A DNA stretch of 64,000 bases from Proteromonas lacertae (Eukaryota), in NCBI GenBank assembly GCA_002245135.1, contig NGBS01000003.1, forward strand, positions 62,001 through 126,000, written 5' to 3'. A program made the translations under genes and the position numbers. The notes beneath the pieces were generated by a model that did no database searches, was not told the origin of the DNA, and saw nothing but the letters and a program-made list of their open reading frames with translations. This document shows positions 26,918 through 39,738 of the stretch, one piece after another (position 1 is the stretch's first letter; the number at the start of each line of letters is the position of its first letter).

Positions 26918-26987
26918 TCTATTTCAAATTAAAATCAAAGAAGAATCAAGCTTTTTTATCAAACTTTTCTTGTTTTCTCTTGATACA

Positions 26988-28178
26988 ATGGATTTTATAT
27001 CCAAATTTATCGAAGAACAGGCTAATTTAAGTAAACAATTTGATGTAGCATCTGCAAAATCTGTAAGTGAGTTTGATATTCTTCACAACACATTTTCATC
27101 TTTTGAAAAAGATATAAATGATTTTAATGAGATAAGTATGTACTATGTATAACATTAGAATAGACACAGAAGTTGTTAGTTCAATTGATGAGTTTTCTCA
27201 TGCCTTATACAATGTTTTTAAAAACATCAAACATCTACTATCCTTCTCAAAAGTTCAACCACCAAGAATCACACCTAAACTAGAATTTGAAGATTCTGAT
27301 GATACTGTATATACAGCTGATGATTTGTGCAATTGTATGACATGTGTATAATCGACATATGAATAATTAAATATGAATAGATAGAAAGTGAAATGAATTT
27401 AATAGAATCATTTGTCAAGAAATACATACTCTGTTCTATAAACAAAAGAATTACAGAATTCATCAATCCCTTCATAAAAAACGACTTTCCTTACATTCAC
27501 AAAACACTAATAGAAAGAGAAAATAAACAAAAACTATTCCAATTTCATCGAAGTGAATTTGCAGCTGAACAGAGGAGAGAAGATGTAAGAGACAATGAAA
27601 GAAAAGAATTAGAAATGACCTTAAATAATGATGCTAAGAATCTAGGGGAATTGAGTAATTTATTAATTCAAAAATTCAAAGAAATGAGAAGATATAGTAA
27701 TACATATTGGAAGATAGAAATTCCATTATTAATTTTATATTTATATCGATTTATATGGAGTTATAGAATACATACTGAAAAAACAATAGATAATTTTGAT
27801 ATAAACTTAGATAAAATTGAAAAAATAGTTGAAAGTAATATGCTACAAAGGAAATTTGTTGATTCAAAATTACCCCTTTATTCTGATCGATTTAAGATGT
27901 ATTATTCTAGTTTATTATTTCATGAATATAACCCACCAATTTATGAAATTGATTTATTAGATAAACCATTAGAAAGGCCTTTATTTCCACTTCAATATAA
28001 CCCTGTCGTTCAAAAAGCAATCGCATTATTTGATTGTGAAAGTGATGGTGAAAATGAGTTGAGTTTTAAGAAAGGTGATGTGATGGTAATTCATGAAGAA
28101 ATAGAAGAAGGATGGGTTGTTGGTGATTTAAGAGGACTGATTGGTAAAATTCCTAAGAATTATATTGAGTTTTTATAA
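26988..28178 (+). CDS. BAR-like helical domain + SH3 protein
   Basis: C-terminal AIALFDCESDGENELSFKKGD...GWVVG...GKIPKNYIE (SH3). The helical N-terminus is joined by two short introns. Confidence 0.8.
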
Positions 28179-28223
28179 ATTATTTGATTTAAAAAAAACA
28201 ATATATAATTGTAATTATTCTAA

Positions 28224-29142
28224 CTAATAACTACACTTTGGACATAATCTATTCATTATATTTCTTTCAAATTCTAAACCTCTTCTTATAGCTATAAAAT
28301 TATTACAAAATTCTTTAGTAACATTAATAATATCCAATAAATCAATAATAACATCACTCAAATATATTATATTTCCTGTTTCAATATATACATTATATCC
28401 ATAATTTGTAATTTCTTTTACTATATCTCTCCAAGTCACATTTGGATCTACTGTTTTCCAATCATTATTAAATTCAAAGTACAAATACTTCACTTTTTGT
28501 TCTTTGAATAAATTCATTGAATTTTTTAGAATTATTCCATCATAACCTTCAGTGTCAATTTTTATAAAGAATATTTCTTTTTCACCATTTTCAATATAAA
28601 AATCATTTAATGTTGTAGTGTTAATATATCCATATATGAAATAATCATCATAAATCTTATCAAGAGATGATCTTTGAAATACATTATCATTTTCTTTCCC
28701 TATCTGAGTATAAAATGGTTTGTTTATTTCACTTGCATTTGATACTGCGACATTATATAACTATTACATATCATATTATATACAATTATAAACATACCTT
28801 CACATTAGCAAGATCTTTCAATGTGTTTTTTAATGATTTAAAAACAGGTTCAAATGGTTCAAAAGAGTGTATTTTGGCGTTTGGTATAGCATAAGAAACA
28901 TGCTGTGTGAATTTACCTTGATTTGCTCCTATATCTAACCATGCTCGTTCATAGCGAGATTCCATATCATATTCATAAACTAGAGATGCAAATTCAAACA
29001 ATTTATCATTTAGAGATAAGTCACAACCTTGATATTGGTCTTTCAACAATTCTTGCATAGTGTCAATACTCAAATTAGGCTTCCATTCACTTGAAACATT
29101 GGATATAATTATAAACAATATATAAAATGTAGTATAACACAT
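28224..29142 (-). CDS. FkbM-family SAM methyltransferase with a signal peptide
   Basis: LDIGANQG, IHSFEP, NVAVS, IKIDTEGYD, YFE. One intron. Hydrophobic N-terminus. Confidence 0.88.
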
Positions 29143-29286
29143 AAACTGTGTCTCAATTATTAAAACAATATATCCGTTTTTATTAGTATTTTTAAATTTC
29201 TTTTAATGATATTAATTATCATCCTTAAATACATAAAAATATTAAAAACATAACATTAATGATATGTTTTATAATGAATTTTATAC

Positions 29287-31557
29287 TTAATAATTATGAT
29301 TATAAAGATCACAATATCCCATATCCACATTAGCAGCTATGAAATCTGTAGGACAGAATTGAACATCATTTCCATAAAAAAAAGAGCCACGAAATTCTTG
29401 TTGAAACGGTGGAGAAAGTTCAGATAATTCATTTCTACTAACGATGAAAGTAGGTGAATTATAACCTGGATAATTCAAACTATCACTATCAATTGCAGTA
29501 GTTCCATAGGTAATTCCATCCAATTTATCATCATCCATAAACTCATTAGTGTTCATAATTGGAGATGTAGTTATTAATTCATTATTTTCAAAAGAATACT
29601 TTCCATGTTTTATTGGTAGATCAGATACATTATCATCATCATCTAATTTACGTTTTATACCAATGTCACTATCATCCTGTTGTTGATATTGCTGTTGATT
29701 TTGCAGTTGTTTAACATATACATCATCAACTTCATTTTCTTCATCATCATCATCATCATCATCATTTTCTTCGTCAATATCAGCATCCTTCTCAACAAGT
29801 TGATCAGATTCAACTAATTTTTCTTTTTCTTTTTCTTTTTTATCAATTTCAACTACTTTTAGAGCTTCTGTAACATCACGATATTCTTCTTCTTCTTCTT
29901 CAGATACTTTTTTTTTTGATATTTTTTGAATAGGTATTGTTATATTGATATTTTCTTGTGATTTAATTCCGTTTCGATTTCTAGCTGGGAGATACTTGAG
30001 CATATCATCATTAATCATTTCTAATAATTCTCTATCACTCTTAATCTTAAATATTTCGTCTTTTATTGAATTGAATTTTTTATAATTACTAACAACGCTC
30101 TTATTGAATTCTTTATAAATTATTTCGCCAAGTTCATCAATTGTTTTACCAGCATATTTTTTACTATTATTTAACTCTTTCATTCTATTATGATAATATC
30201 TTACATAAACTCTATCTAAACTATTGTCATTCTGTTTCTGATGTTCTTTAAATATTTGTTTCACATGACACAGCTTATCTATCAGTTCTTCTTGTTTAAA
30301 TGGATCATTCTCTTCACTCACTATCTTTTGACTTTCTTCAAGTTTTTTGTTTTTTGATTTAAAATATTTCATTCTATCAATAAATCCCAACATTTCATAT
30401 CTATGTCTATAATCATAACTCATTTCTTTCCATCTTCCTCCCACTAATCTATTTAACTCATCTTTACTTGGAATTTTGTCATAAGCACTTTTATATTCAT
30501 CTTCAACTTCTTCTCTTACATCTTTTGAATAAAATGTAAATGCAGAATATGCCTTTCGTGTTTCTTCTCGCTTTTCTAATTTTCCTCTTGTCTATATAAT
30601 AAAAATAATAAAAATAATTTATACTTTCATTGAAGTTGGGTTTGGTAAAAAAGTAAATCGTATATGATATTCTTTTAAAACATCACCATAGTAATTTAAA
30701 TTGTCCTACACACAATAAAAATGATAAAAATACTAATATAGAAGGATTTTTCTCATATACTTCAGTTATAGGATTTTGTAACATCAATTCATTATCACGA
30801 ATAAAATAATTTAATGCTTTATTCGTGGTTAATTGCATTTCTGTGATAGAATGTATTTTATCTCTTAAAAATATAAGCATAATTGTTGAAGAGTCTTTGA
30901 ATTGTACTTCATTATTGAACTGTTGACAATAACCCACTCTTAGCAGTATTTGCCTAATATTATCATCGTATTTGGTATTGAGACTTAACAATTTTTCTAA
31001 CCAATCACCGAAGTAATACTTAATTTGCTTATCCTATATATTATAATAGTCAATAAACGTAGTTATACTTCAGATGTATCGTAATTGAATAAATGCACAC
31101 CATTTTGAAGTTCCTCTTCCTTGTCAGAGTGAAGATGAAATACTTTTTGACTGTCAGACACAATTACTTCGTATTTCTTTCTTATTTCTGACTCTTTGAC
31201 TATACGAAATAGAATAACGAGGTATACATCCTTCTTTATATTCAGGCATTGATATTTCCTCTGAAAGAAATTTGAAGTGGATTGATTCTGAGTCAATATC
31301 TGTTTGCCACTTTTCTCGCATGCTTATTGTTATGTTCTGGTGATTTATGATGATGATTATTCTGCCGTTGCTGGTAAAGCCTATCTTTTTGCTTGGATCA
31401 ATGTAAATCTAAGATATTTTGTTACAAGAAACAAATATACTTCACATTTAGAGCACATGTGAGTGGTCCATTTTTTACCTTTAGCTTTGAAGAAGTGAGA
31501 TAATATATCAAGATGAATGTTCTTTTTTTTGATAATATTAATAAGAAGGTGTTTCAT
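29287..31557 (-). CDS. HMG-box protein with an unknown N-terminal region
   Basis: Spliced RKAYSAFTFYSKDVR...ELNRLVGGRWKEMS..RHRYE HMG box, a second degenerate box (YVRYYHNRMKEL..ELGEIIYKEF) and an acidic tail. Five short introns join the upstream exons. Confidence 0.72.
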
Positions 31558-32314
31558 TTTTAATCTAGTTACAGAATATCTAATAATAATCAATCAAAAC
31601 TAGCTTTATGTAAAGAAGAAAAGAGAATGGATTTTACCTCTTAATGAAAATTCTTTTACTATTAAATTAAAATTCTAAATGAATACTTAATCCATTTAAA
31701 GTGTTTAGACCATTTTTGTGCATGATATTGTGTGTATAAATGGTTAAGAGAAGAATTATTGGTGGTATAGTTTCAGCAATCAACATGAATTTCTGACTTT
31801 ATATCATTATTTACGGTAAATATGTTAATTGGCCCGTATAATATACGTTTATGGAATATTCTAAGTATATATATCCGTATAGAATATATATTTCATTTTC
31901 TACTTAATGAGTATACAATCATTAATTTATTACAATAATTGAAAGTTACAACTATATGTAATTATTAAAATTAATCATGCAATGATTTTAACTTATTTAT
32001 GAAAAAGATAAATGATAAAGGTTTAAATATAAAGCGAATAAAATATGTAATTGAAAGATTGATACATTATAGAAGTTTTGAAAATACTTATATGTCATAT
32101 GATATTTAACTTTCAAGAGTATTTTTGATAATTAAAACACTTTTCTGTTATATCTTAGATAAGAGTTGATATAATTGTTGTATTTGAATGGTTAAATGAT
32201 TTCATAAATTAATTTTTATGAATTTACTTCTTCATTTCATCGTAAATTCAACTTAAACATTCAAGCCAAATATTACTATATACCATTTTTGTGTAAATTA
32301 CCAAATTTTTAGTA

Positions 32315-33111
32315 ATGTCTTCAGATAGTGATGATTATGATGTTACTAGTGTACATAGTTCAACAGAAAAACGAAAGGCAAAGAAAAGAAAGCGTACAAG
32401 CACAAACGAAGATGTAAGAAGCTCATCTCTATTTGAAACCAGTGATTTACATGGAGTATAAACAGCATTTGATATTTCTAGTCCGGTCATCAAGTATTAT
32501 TATCACTATATAATTACAATGGTAAATTTCAAACAACTTTACATCAAAACGAATTGAGAGAAGCTTTTCAAAAAATAAACGAGATCTTTGGTTTTGAATT
32601 AACTCTAACCGATAATTCTAAAAAGTCGAAGAGTTTTTTCATCAGAAACAGTTTAAGCGATCCAACTTGGAGTCATGAAGAAGTAATTCATTTAATGAGA
32701 AACAGTGATAAAAATAAATACCCAGTGACAATAATTGATGTATATATAGATATGTGTGATTATAAACATGAATAGGAAAAAGAATTAAGTCAAATAGGTA
32801 AGTTTAGTTTGATAATAATGATGTTATATCGTGAAGGTGTTGATACAAATTATTCGATGGATAAAAAAGATTTAAAAAACTATGTAAAAAATGTATTAAA
32901 AGATAAAGAGTTTAGTGAAGTAATAAAAGAGATGATAAGATTAGAATATATAAATGCAAGTGAAGATAAGTACAGTTTGGGAGGGAAATGTAAAGAAAAT
33001 AGACCATTGGAAGATGAAGAGAAAAAGGATGAAAAAGAAACGAGATTTAGTAAAGAAATATGTTTAGATTCTTTAGTATTAAAATGTAATGAAATAGATG
33101 CATCTGAATAG
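32315..33111 (+). CDS. Divergent MAGE/Nse3-like protein
   Basis: AFQKINEIFGFEL..SKSFFIRNSL, LIIMMLYREG, MIRLEYI, YSLGG resemble the MAGE winged-helix consensus. NLS-like KRKAKKRKR. Two short introns. Confidence 0.55.
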
Positions 33112-33625
33112 TTTTATCGATTTTGTTTTTGTGATACTATGTATAAATGTACTTCATTGATTAATATTACATAGTTATAATCAAATAATACTTTCTGTTT
33201 CGTGTGATATTCTATTTTGAATTTATCAAGCTTGTTTTTATCAAGCTTTTCAATTTGAATTTGAAAAATCAAAAATCAAGTGAATATATCGATTATTTCA
33301 TGATTAAATACCTCCTGTAATATAAAATAAGTAATAGATAAGAATATATAGTATGTGTAGTTAGAAAAATGAAGATTTCTTAGTCGGAGTGTGAGTTACT
33401 ATAACATAACACAATATCAAGATTTATTTGTTGTAGGAATATATTTCAATATCAATATATTCTTTTTTTGTTTTATTCTTACATTAAGTCATTTATTTCT
33501 GCAATGAAATAGAATTATATTAATGACATACAGTTACACCAAAAAACTTAGATAAACTAGGTAATTTGTCACAAAAATGCAAATACAATTTAATACAACT
33601 TAATACAACTTAATACAGCACAAAA

Positions 33626-36600
33626 ATGTATTCATCTCTAAAAAGCAAAGAAGAAGAAATATTGAAATATGAAATACCGGATTGTAAAGTATGATACATG
33701 ATTAATATAATATAGATATTGAAAAATGAAAAACGAGGTAAAAGTGAAGTAAAGTTCGAAATTTGTTTTGAAAATAAAGTTAAAGTGATAGAAACATTTA
33801 AAACCGAAAAAATTCGGCCAATTCGATTAATGAAATTGTATGAAGATGTATGTCAATTGAATGAAATGAAAATATTTAATGAAATGAAAGTCAGAATCAT
33901 AAATGGAATGAAATATGTTATGATAGAAAGAGAAAAATATAATAAAGATTTAGAAGGGATAATTCATAAAGTAACTCTTTCACGAAGTGATATATGTAAT
34001 GTGATATGTTCATTATGTGATATTATTATGATATTGAGTGAATATAATGTAAAGATAAGCAATTTGAAGAGTAGTAACATAATATATGAAGTTAATAACG
34101 ATATAAAGTTATGTGATTTATTCTTGGATGTATTGAGAAGAGAAGAAGATGTGAAATTGTATGATATATGCTTCAAAAGCCCAGAAGAGTTGAATGGCTT
34201 AGAATGTGATGATAAAAGTGTAATTTGGTCAATAGGTTGTATTTTATATGAGATGATAAGTAAAAAGTTGCCTTTCAATAAAGATGATAATATAGCCAAA
34301 ACTTTGAATAATATCCAGAGTTGTAAATACAGTTTAGTTTTAAAATGTGATGAAATAATGAAAGAAATGATATTCAGAATGTTGAAAGTGAAGAGTGAAG
34401 ATAGAATGAGTTTAAAAGAGATGAGAAAAGAGATGATAAGAATTAATGAAATATCGAGAAATAGAGATAATAATTATATGATATATGAAAGAAAAGAAAT
34501 GTTATTTAATAATGATAATTTGATTTTTCTACTCTCTTCATTTCCACCAGAATATTTTCTAGAAAGTAATAAATGGAAAGAAATTCTATACAAATTAATA
34601 GAATTATACAATGATAAAGCAAATGAAAGAATCTTGTCAATATTATTAATGATCAGATTATACAAAAAAGACTATTCAATAGATAGAATGAAATTTCAAC
34701 TTCATCACAGATGTACAAATGGAACTGAATGTTATTTAGATAAGATGATATTTGAAATTGTTAGAAATAATGTTAAAGAGAGTCTTATAATTGATTCAAA
34801 ATTCATTCGTTTATGTGAAGAAGAAATGAATTATCTTTTCAGAATACTGAAACCAATCAAACCAACAAAAATTAGATTTTGTATAATATTAGTTCTAATC
34901 GATTTTATTCATATAGATGATAGTGCTTATATTTTTATTATTCCTCTTCAGTTACAATCATCACTGGGATCATGTTTTTCTCAATTATCAAATCTACAAG
35001 AATTAGATATCTCCAGATATAATCTCACTCATCATTTCATTGAATCACTTATTCAATCAATTCCATTTATGAAATTAAATTATGTAAATCTATATCGTAT
35101 AATATTATGCTATTCTGGCATTACATTTTTATAAAATAGACAATCCAATTGGTCCAAAAGGCTTTAAATTACTACTTCCATATTTATATTTATTAATCAA
35201 TAGTAATGAATTAGATCTTAAATGGATGAAGCTAAATGACGAATCAATGATATTATTGTCAGAAGAATTATATAAATATCCAAATCTTCAAAAAATAGAT
35301 ATTATTTTCAATTACAATATTCATGCAAAAGGATTAAAAGCCTTATTCTCCAAATTTCCTATTTCAAAGATAGAATTTGATTTTAATGAATGTAAAGAAT
35401 TATTTAAGGATATTCCAAAGTTAATCAAATGCATAAACATTAAATATTATTTTTATCTGAATGGATTATATATTGATGATGACATTTTCAAATCATTCAT
35501 TACATTTAGATCAAATGAATTAAGAGGTATAAAAGAGTTGGATTTGAGTAGTATAATTGATCTTTTTCTATAATCTAGATAATAAACTAACATATAAAAG
35601 TATAGATTTATTGATTAACAATCTATCTTCATTACCAAATCTTTCTTATATTATATTACATGGAAATGAAATAGGAGATGAAGGAATGAAATTATTATCA
35701 CCACATTTACATTTCTTAATGTGCAAGCATAATAACTATAGAAATATAAATTGTTCAAGTATTATAATTATTTGTTATTGAATAGAAATGGGATTATCTT
35801 CAATTGGGTTAATATATTTAGTTGATGGTTTAAAGAATATTCATGATAAGATTAATAAGTTTGAAATAAATGATAATTATATTGATGAAGAAGGAATAAA
35901 ATATTTGATGAATTATGCGAAACAGAATGATTGTATTGATAAGTTATATATTCATAGTATATTTGATAATGCTATATTTTTTAAATATAGATAATCCAAT
36001 TGGTACTAATGGATTTAGATTAATATTAGAGAATATAAAAATGTTTTATATCAATTTGAGCAATATGTCAATAGATGATGAAAGTGTGACATTATTATCA
36101 CATGAAATAGATTTATTTAAAAATTGGTGGAGAATAAATCTAAAAGATAATAATATTAAAATGAAAGGATTAAAAGCAGTTTTCAAAAAATCATTAGAAA
36201 ATGAAGAATATCCATATATAGAAATGAAATGTTTATCATGGACAAATGAAGAATTGAAATATTATTTAGATTATTGTATTAAAAAGAAAAGAAGAGATAA
36301 CTGCTGTTATGATTTTTCTAGTATAAATTTAAGTATTTAATGAAATAGAGATGAATATTAATGATTCTCATATTTCCTTAATTAAACAACTTGATTATGA
36401 AAAACTAGATCTGTCAAATAATAGAATTACTTCTAAAGGATTGAAAGAATTAACAGATTTTCTACCAACAGATCATTGCGAATATATTTCAATATTTAGT
36501 AATGCAATTGGAGATGAAGGAATACAAATAATATGTAAGTATTTTGATAAATTTGTTGAACAAAAATATAATTTCTTTTATGGAAATTCAATATCATTAA

Positions 36601-36947
36601 ATCTGTCATGTATATTATGAATATAATGTGTCTTTTTATGAATAGATATTGGAATGAATGAAAGAGGATTAAAAATGTTAATAGATAGATTGACTAAATT
36701 TAATCAATTACAGAAGATAAATCTATTAGGAAATGCATTAGATGAAAATGAATTGAGATTAATGAAAGAGAATGAAAGAATATTTGAGAGTTTAGATGAA
36801 TTATCAATAACAATAAAAGAAAATATAGAAGAAACAGAATTGAAATCATTTCTACAAACATTTTCATCCATTGGAATAATCAAATTAAATGGAATATCAG
36901 AACAATTAAAGAAAGAAATGTCAAACTTTTTCTATAACATTGAATAA
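33626..36947 (+). CDS. Pseudokinase-LRR protein, copy 1
   Basis: Kinase fold with ISNLKSSNI (no HRD Asp), CDLF, SPEEL, IWSIGCILYEM, followed by RI-like LRRs (LxxLxLxxNxIGxxG). Eight short introns. Confidence 0.85.
34087..34333. repeat. Near-identical inverted copy of 46585-46831 (kinase C-lobe of copies 1 and 2)
   Basis: Manual comparison gives about 7 mismatches in 247 nt. Confidence 0.9.
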
Positions 36948-37127
36948 TTAAAATTTCTATTATTATTTGCTATATTGATATTAATATTGAATGCTTATAT
37001 AAATTTTATACTCATATTCATCTTAAATTGAGAGTTTTATTGTTTTTCTATCAAGCTTTTATCAAACTTGTTAATTTCTAAATTATTTAATAAAACCTTA
37101 AACAAGAGGTTTTTGAGATATATATCA

Positions 37128-37865
37128 ATGGAATCCGTTACAATAAATGGTAAAGTAGTACCTGTTACTGCAGAAGCTGGTGTAGATGTTAGTCTAATCC
37201 CTAGTTTTGGTCCTTTTCAAGATTGGGTAAAGAACATGGATAAAAATTTGATAGTGAATAGTATATATTTCCAATCACTTGATAAATTCGGTAATAAAAG
37301 AGTTGGTTTCTTGAAATTCAAAGCAGAAATTGTACGAGCCGATACTAACAGTAGAGTACCTGGAATTGTATTTATGCGAGGTGGTGCAGTAGCTGTGTTA
37401 GTAGTAATAAACTGTAAAGGTAAGAAATATACCCTTGTAACAAAACAATCTCGAGTTCCAATAGGTGCATTTGAATTTACTGAGATTCCTGCAGGTATGT
37501 TAGATGCAGATAACAATTTTGCAGGTGTAGCTGCTAAAGAAATGGCTGAAGAAACTGGAATCGTAATAAAAGAAGAAGATTTAATAAATCTAACCAAACT
37601 TGCTTATGGTGATAAATATCCAGGTATATATCCAACTGCAGGTGGAAGTGATGAATTTATTAGTTTGTTTTTATACAAAACCGAAATGAGTGAAGAAGAA
37701 TTAAAAAAGTTAGAGAATAAGCTTGGTGGAGTAGATGAACATGAAGTAATCCATTTAGCTGTTTATCAATTAGATGAATTATGGAAAGTAACGTCTGATG
37801 TGAAGACTTTATCTGCATTGTTTTTATATGAAAAATTAAAAGAAGAAGGTAGAATATCTGAATAA
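37128..37865 (+). CDS. Nudix hydrolase of the plant NUDT14 / ADP-sugar pyrophosphatase type
   Basis: FGNKRVGFLKFKA, PGIVFMRGGAVAVL, Nudix box EIPAGMLD..FAGVAAKEMAEETG, YPTAGGSDE. Confidence 0.92.
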   Translation: MESVTINGKVVPVTAEAGVDVSLIPSFGPFQDWVKNMDKNLIVNSIYFQSLDKFGNKRVGFLKFKAEIVRADTNSRVPGIVFMRGGAVAVLVVINCKGKKYTLVTKQSRVPIGAFEFTEIPAGMLDADNNFAGVAAKEMAEETGIVIKEEDLINLTKLAYGDKYPGIYPTAGGSDEFISLFLYKTEMSEEELKKLENKLGGVDEHEVIHLAVYQLDELWKVTSDVKTLSALFLYEKLKEEGRISE

Positions 37866-38001
37866 TGAATATGTAATAGCTTTATATATAATATTAATTC
37901 ATTATTTTGTATTTGTTTTGCTTATAAGTGTTTAAAAAATCATTTTGAAAAATCTCAAACCTGTTTGAAGAAAAGTCGTTATTGTTATTTCATCGTTTTT
38001 A

Positions 38002-38754
38002 ATGTCACAGACGCTGTCAAAGAAGGATGCAGATAAAGAAGTGTGGGATGCATTTAATAGGTGGATGCTTGACATGCTTAGTCAAGAAAAAGTATAACTA
38101 ATATGATTCATTGTTGTTATTTAGACAGCTCACATCCCATTCTTTGCCTATATCGGTTGGAAAGAAGTTGTAGAAAAAAGAATTGGTAGTGAAACATACA
38201 AAAGAATAATGAAACCGTACTTTCAATTGACAGAGCAGTTTAGAAGATCTATAGGGCTTATGCCATTACCAGAAGTTGAATTTCCACAATTAAGACATAT
38301 AGAAGTATTATAATTCATATAATTTGAAATAGGAATTAAATTATTCAAAAATTGCCTTGAGATATTCGAAGACAATAACAAGAGATCAAGTATGCACAAT
38401 ACTTAAACGTAAATTCATGAAATTAGCTCAAGATATTGGAGCTGGTCAAAAATTATCTCTCACTTTTGCATTTGGTATATTAACAGCTGAGAATTATCAT
38501 GTTCATTTCAATTTCCTCCCAGAAATCGAATTATATGGCCCATCTTGGCAAGATCATGAATATGAAAATCCAGATTTAATGATTCCTGATTCTACATACA
38601 CATTAGAAAATCCTGCTGTTAGATCAAACATTTCTAGTAGGCCAAGTACAATGCAAAGTTATCGTCATAATCCAGTTGCACAATCTGCTACAAATATACT
38701 ACAAAATAATACAACAACAACAACAACAACAACATCACCAATAAAACAACAAAC

Positions 38755-38785
<31 letters not shown>

Positions 38786-39644
38786 TCAATTACATCATCA
38801 CCAATGGTAAGTCGTCCATCTACAACAATGTCAAATAGATCTCAATCATATACTCCCAATTTCAATAAATCTTATGGTAAATCATCACAACCAAAACAAA
38901 CTAAACCACAGTATTTCTCAATTATTCCATGTGAAAGTATAATATATATTATTAATAATTTTTATTTTATATTCTCTAATAGAATTCCATCCATTACATG
39001 CTAAGAAATACCAACCTAAAATAGCAAGTCAGAAAGTATTAGACGAAGCATATCAACGAAGATTAAATGAATTAGATAGTTTACATGAACAGAATGAATT
39101 CTTTGACACAGTAGAAAAAGCAACACTTGAATATGCAACTCAAGAAGAAGAAAGAAGAAGAAATGAACAGAAATTAAAAGATAAACAGTTACAATTAGAA
39201 CATATCAAACAAATGAAACAAAGAGAGTTACAAAAAGCTGAAGAACATGATTATAATCATTATATTCCACCAGCCAATCAATTTAGTGCAACTATGATTG
39301 GAGCAGAATATGGTGAACTCTCTCATAAAGAAATGATTATGAATAGAACACGAAGAGATTTAGAAACACAGATGGAATTTGATACAATTAACCACAAAGC
39401 TCAAAAAGAAAGAGAGTTGCAGGATGATAAGGATTATTTAGAATCTGTGAACCAAGAGGTGAAAAGACAAATTGAAGCTGAGAAAAATGATAGATATCAG
39501 ACAAGAAAAGAATTGGAAGAAGTGTGGAAGAAAGAGATGAGTATAAAAGCTTTAAATGATAAATTGAATAAAACAAATAACCGTGCTTTTTCACCTGATA
39601 TTGGTGATATAAATGGAATTGGATTTGATACTAGAAATCTGTAA
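38002..39644 (+). CDS. CCDC81: CCDC81-like protein (two HU-CCDC81 domains + coiled coil)
   Basis: VWDAFNRWM..AHIPFF..KPYFQLTEQF..ELNYSKIA..RDQV..LTFAFGIL..HFNF after splicing three introns. Coiled-coil tail. Confidence 0.75.
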
Positions 39645-39738
39645 TAAAGTTATATTTATTGTTTAATCTATATATGTGAAGAATTTTTTTTTGTTATTAT
39701 GAAACGAAATAATTTTCAATTGAAATTGGGATTTTTTA

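Noticed and set aside
31835..31847. CGTATA-A-TATACG palindrome in the long intergenic region
   Set aside because: A single short instance in AT-rich DNA with no supporting context.
33581..33620. Four 10-nt near-repeats (TAATACAACT) upstream of kinase-LRR copy 1
   Set aside because: A short tandem duplication with no spacers, not seen upstream of the other copies.
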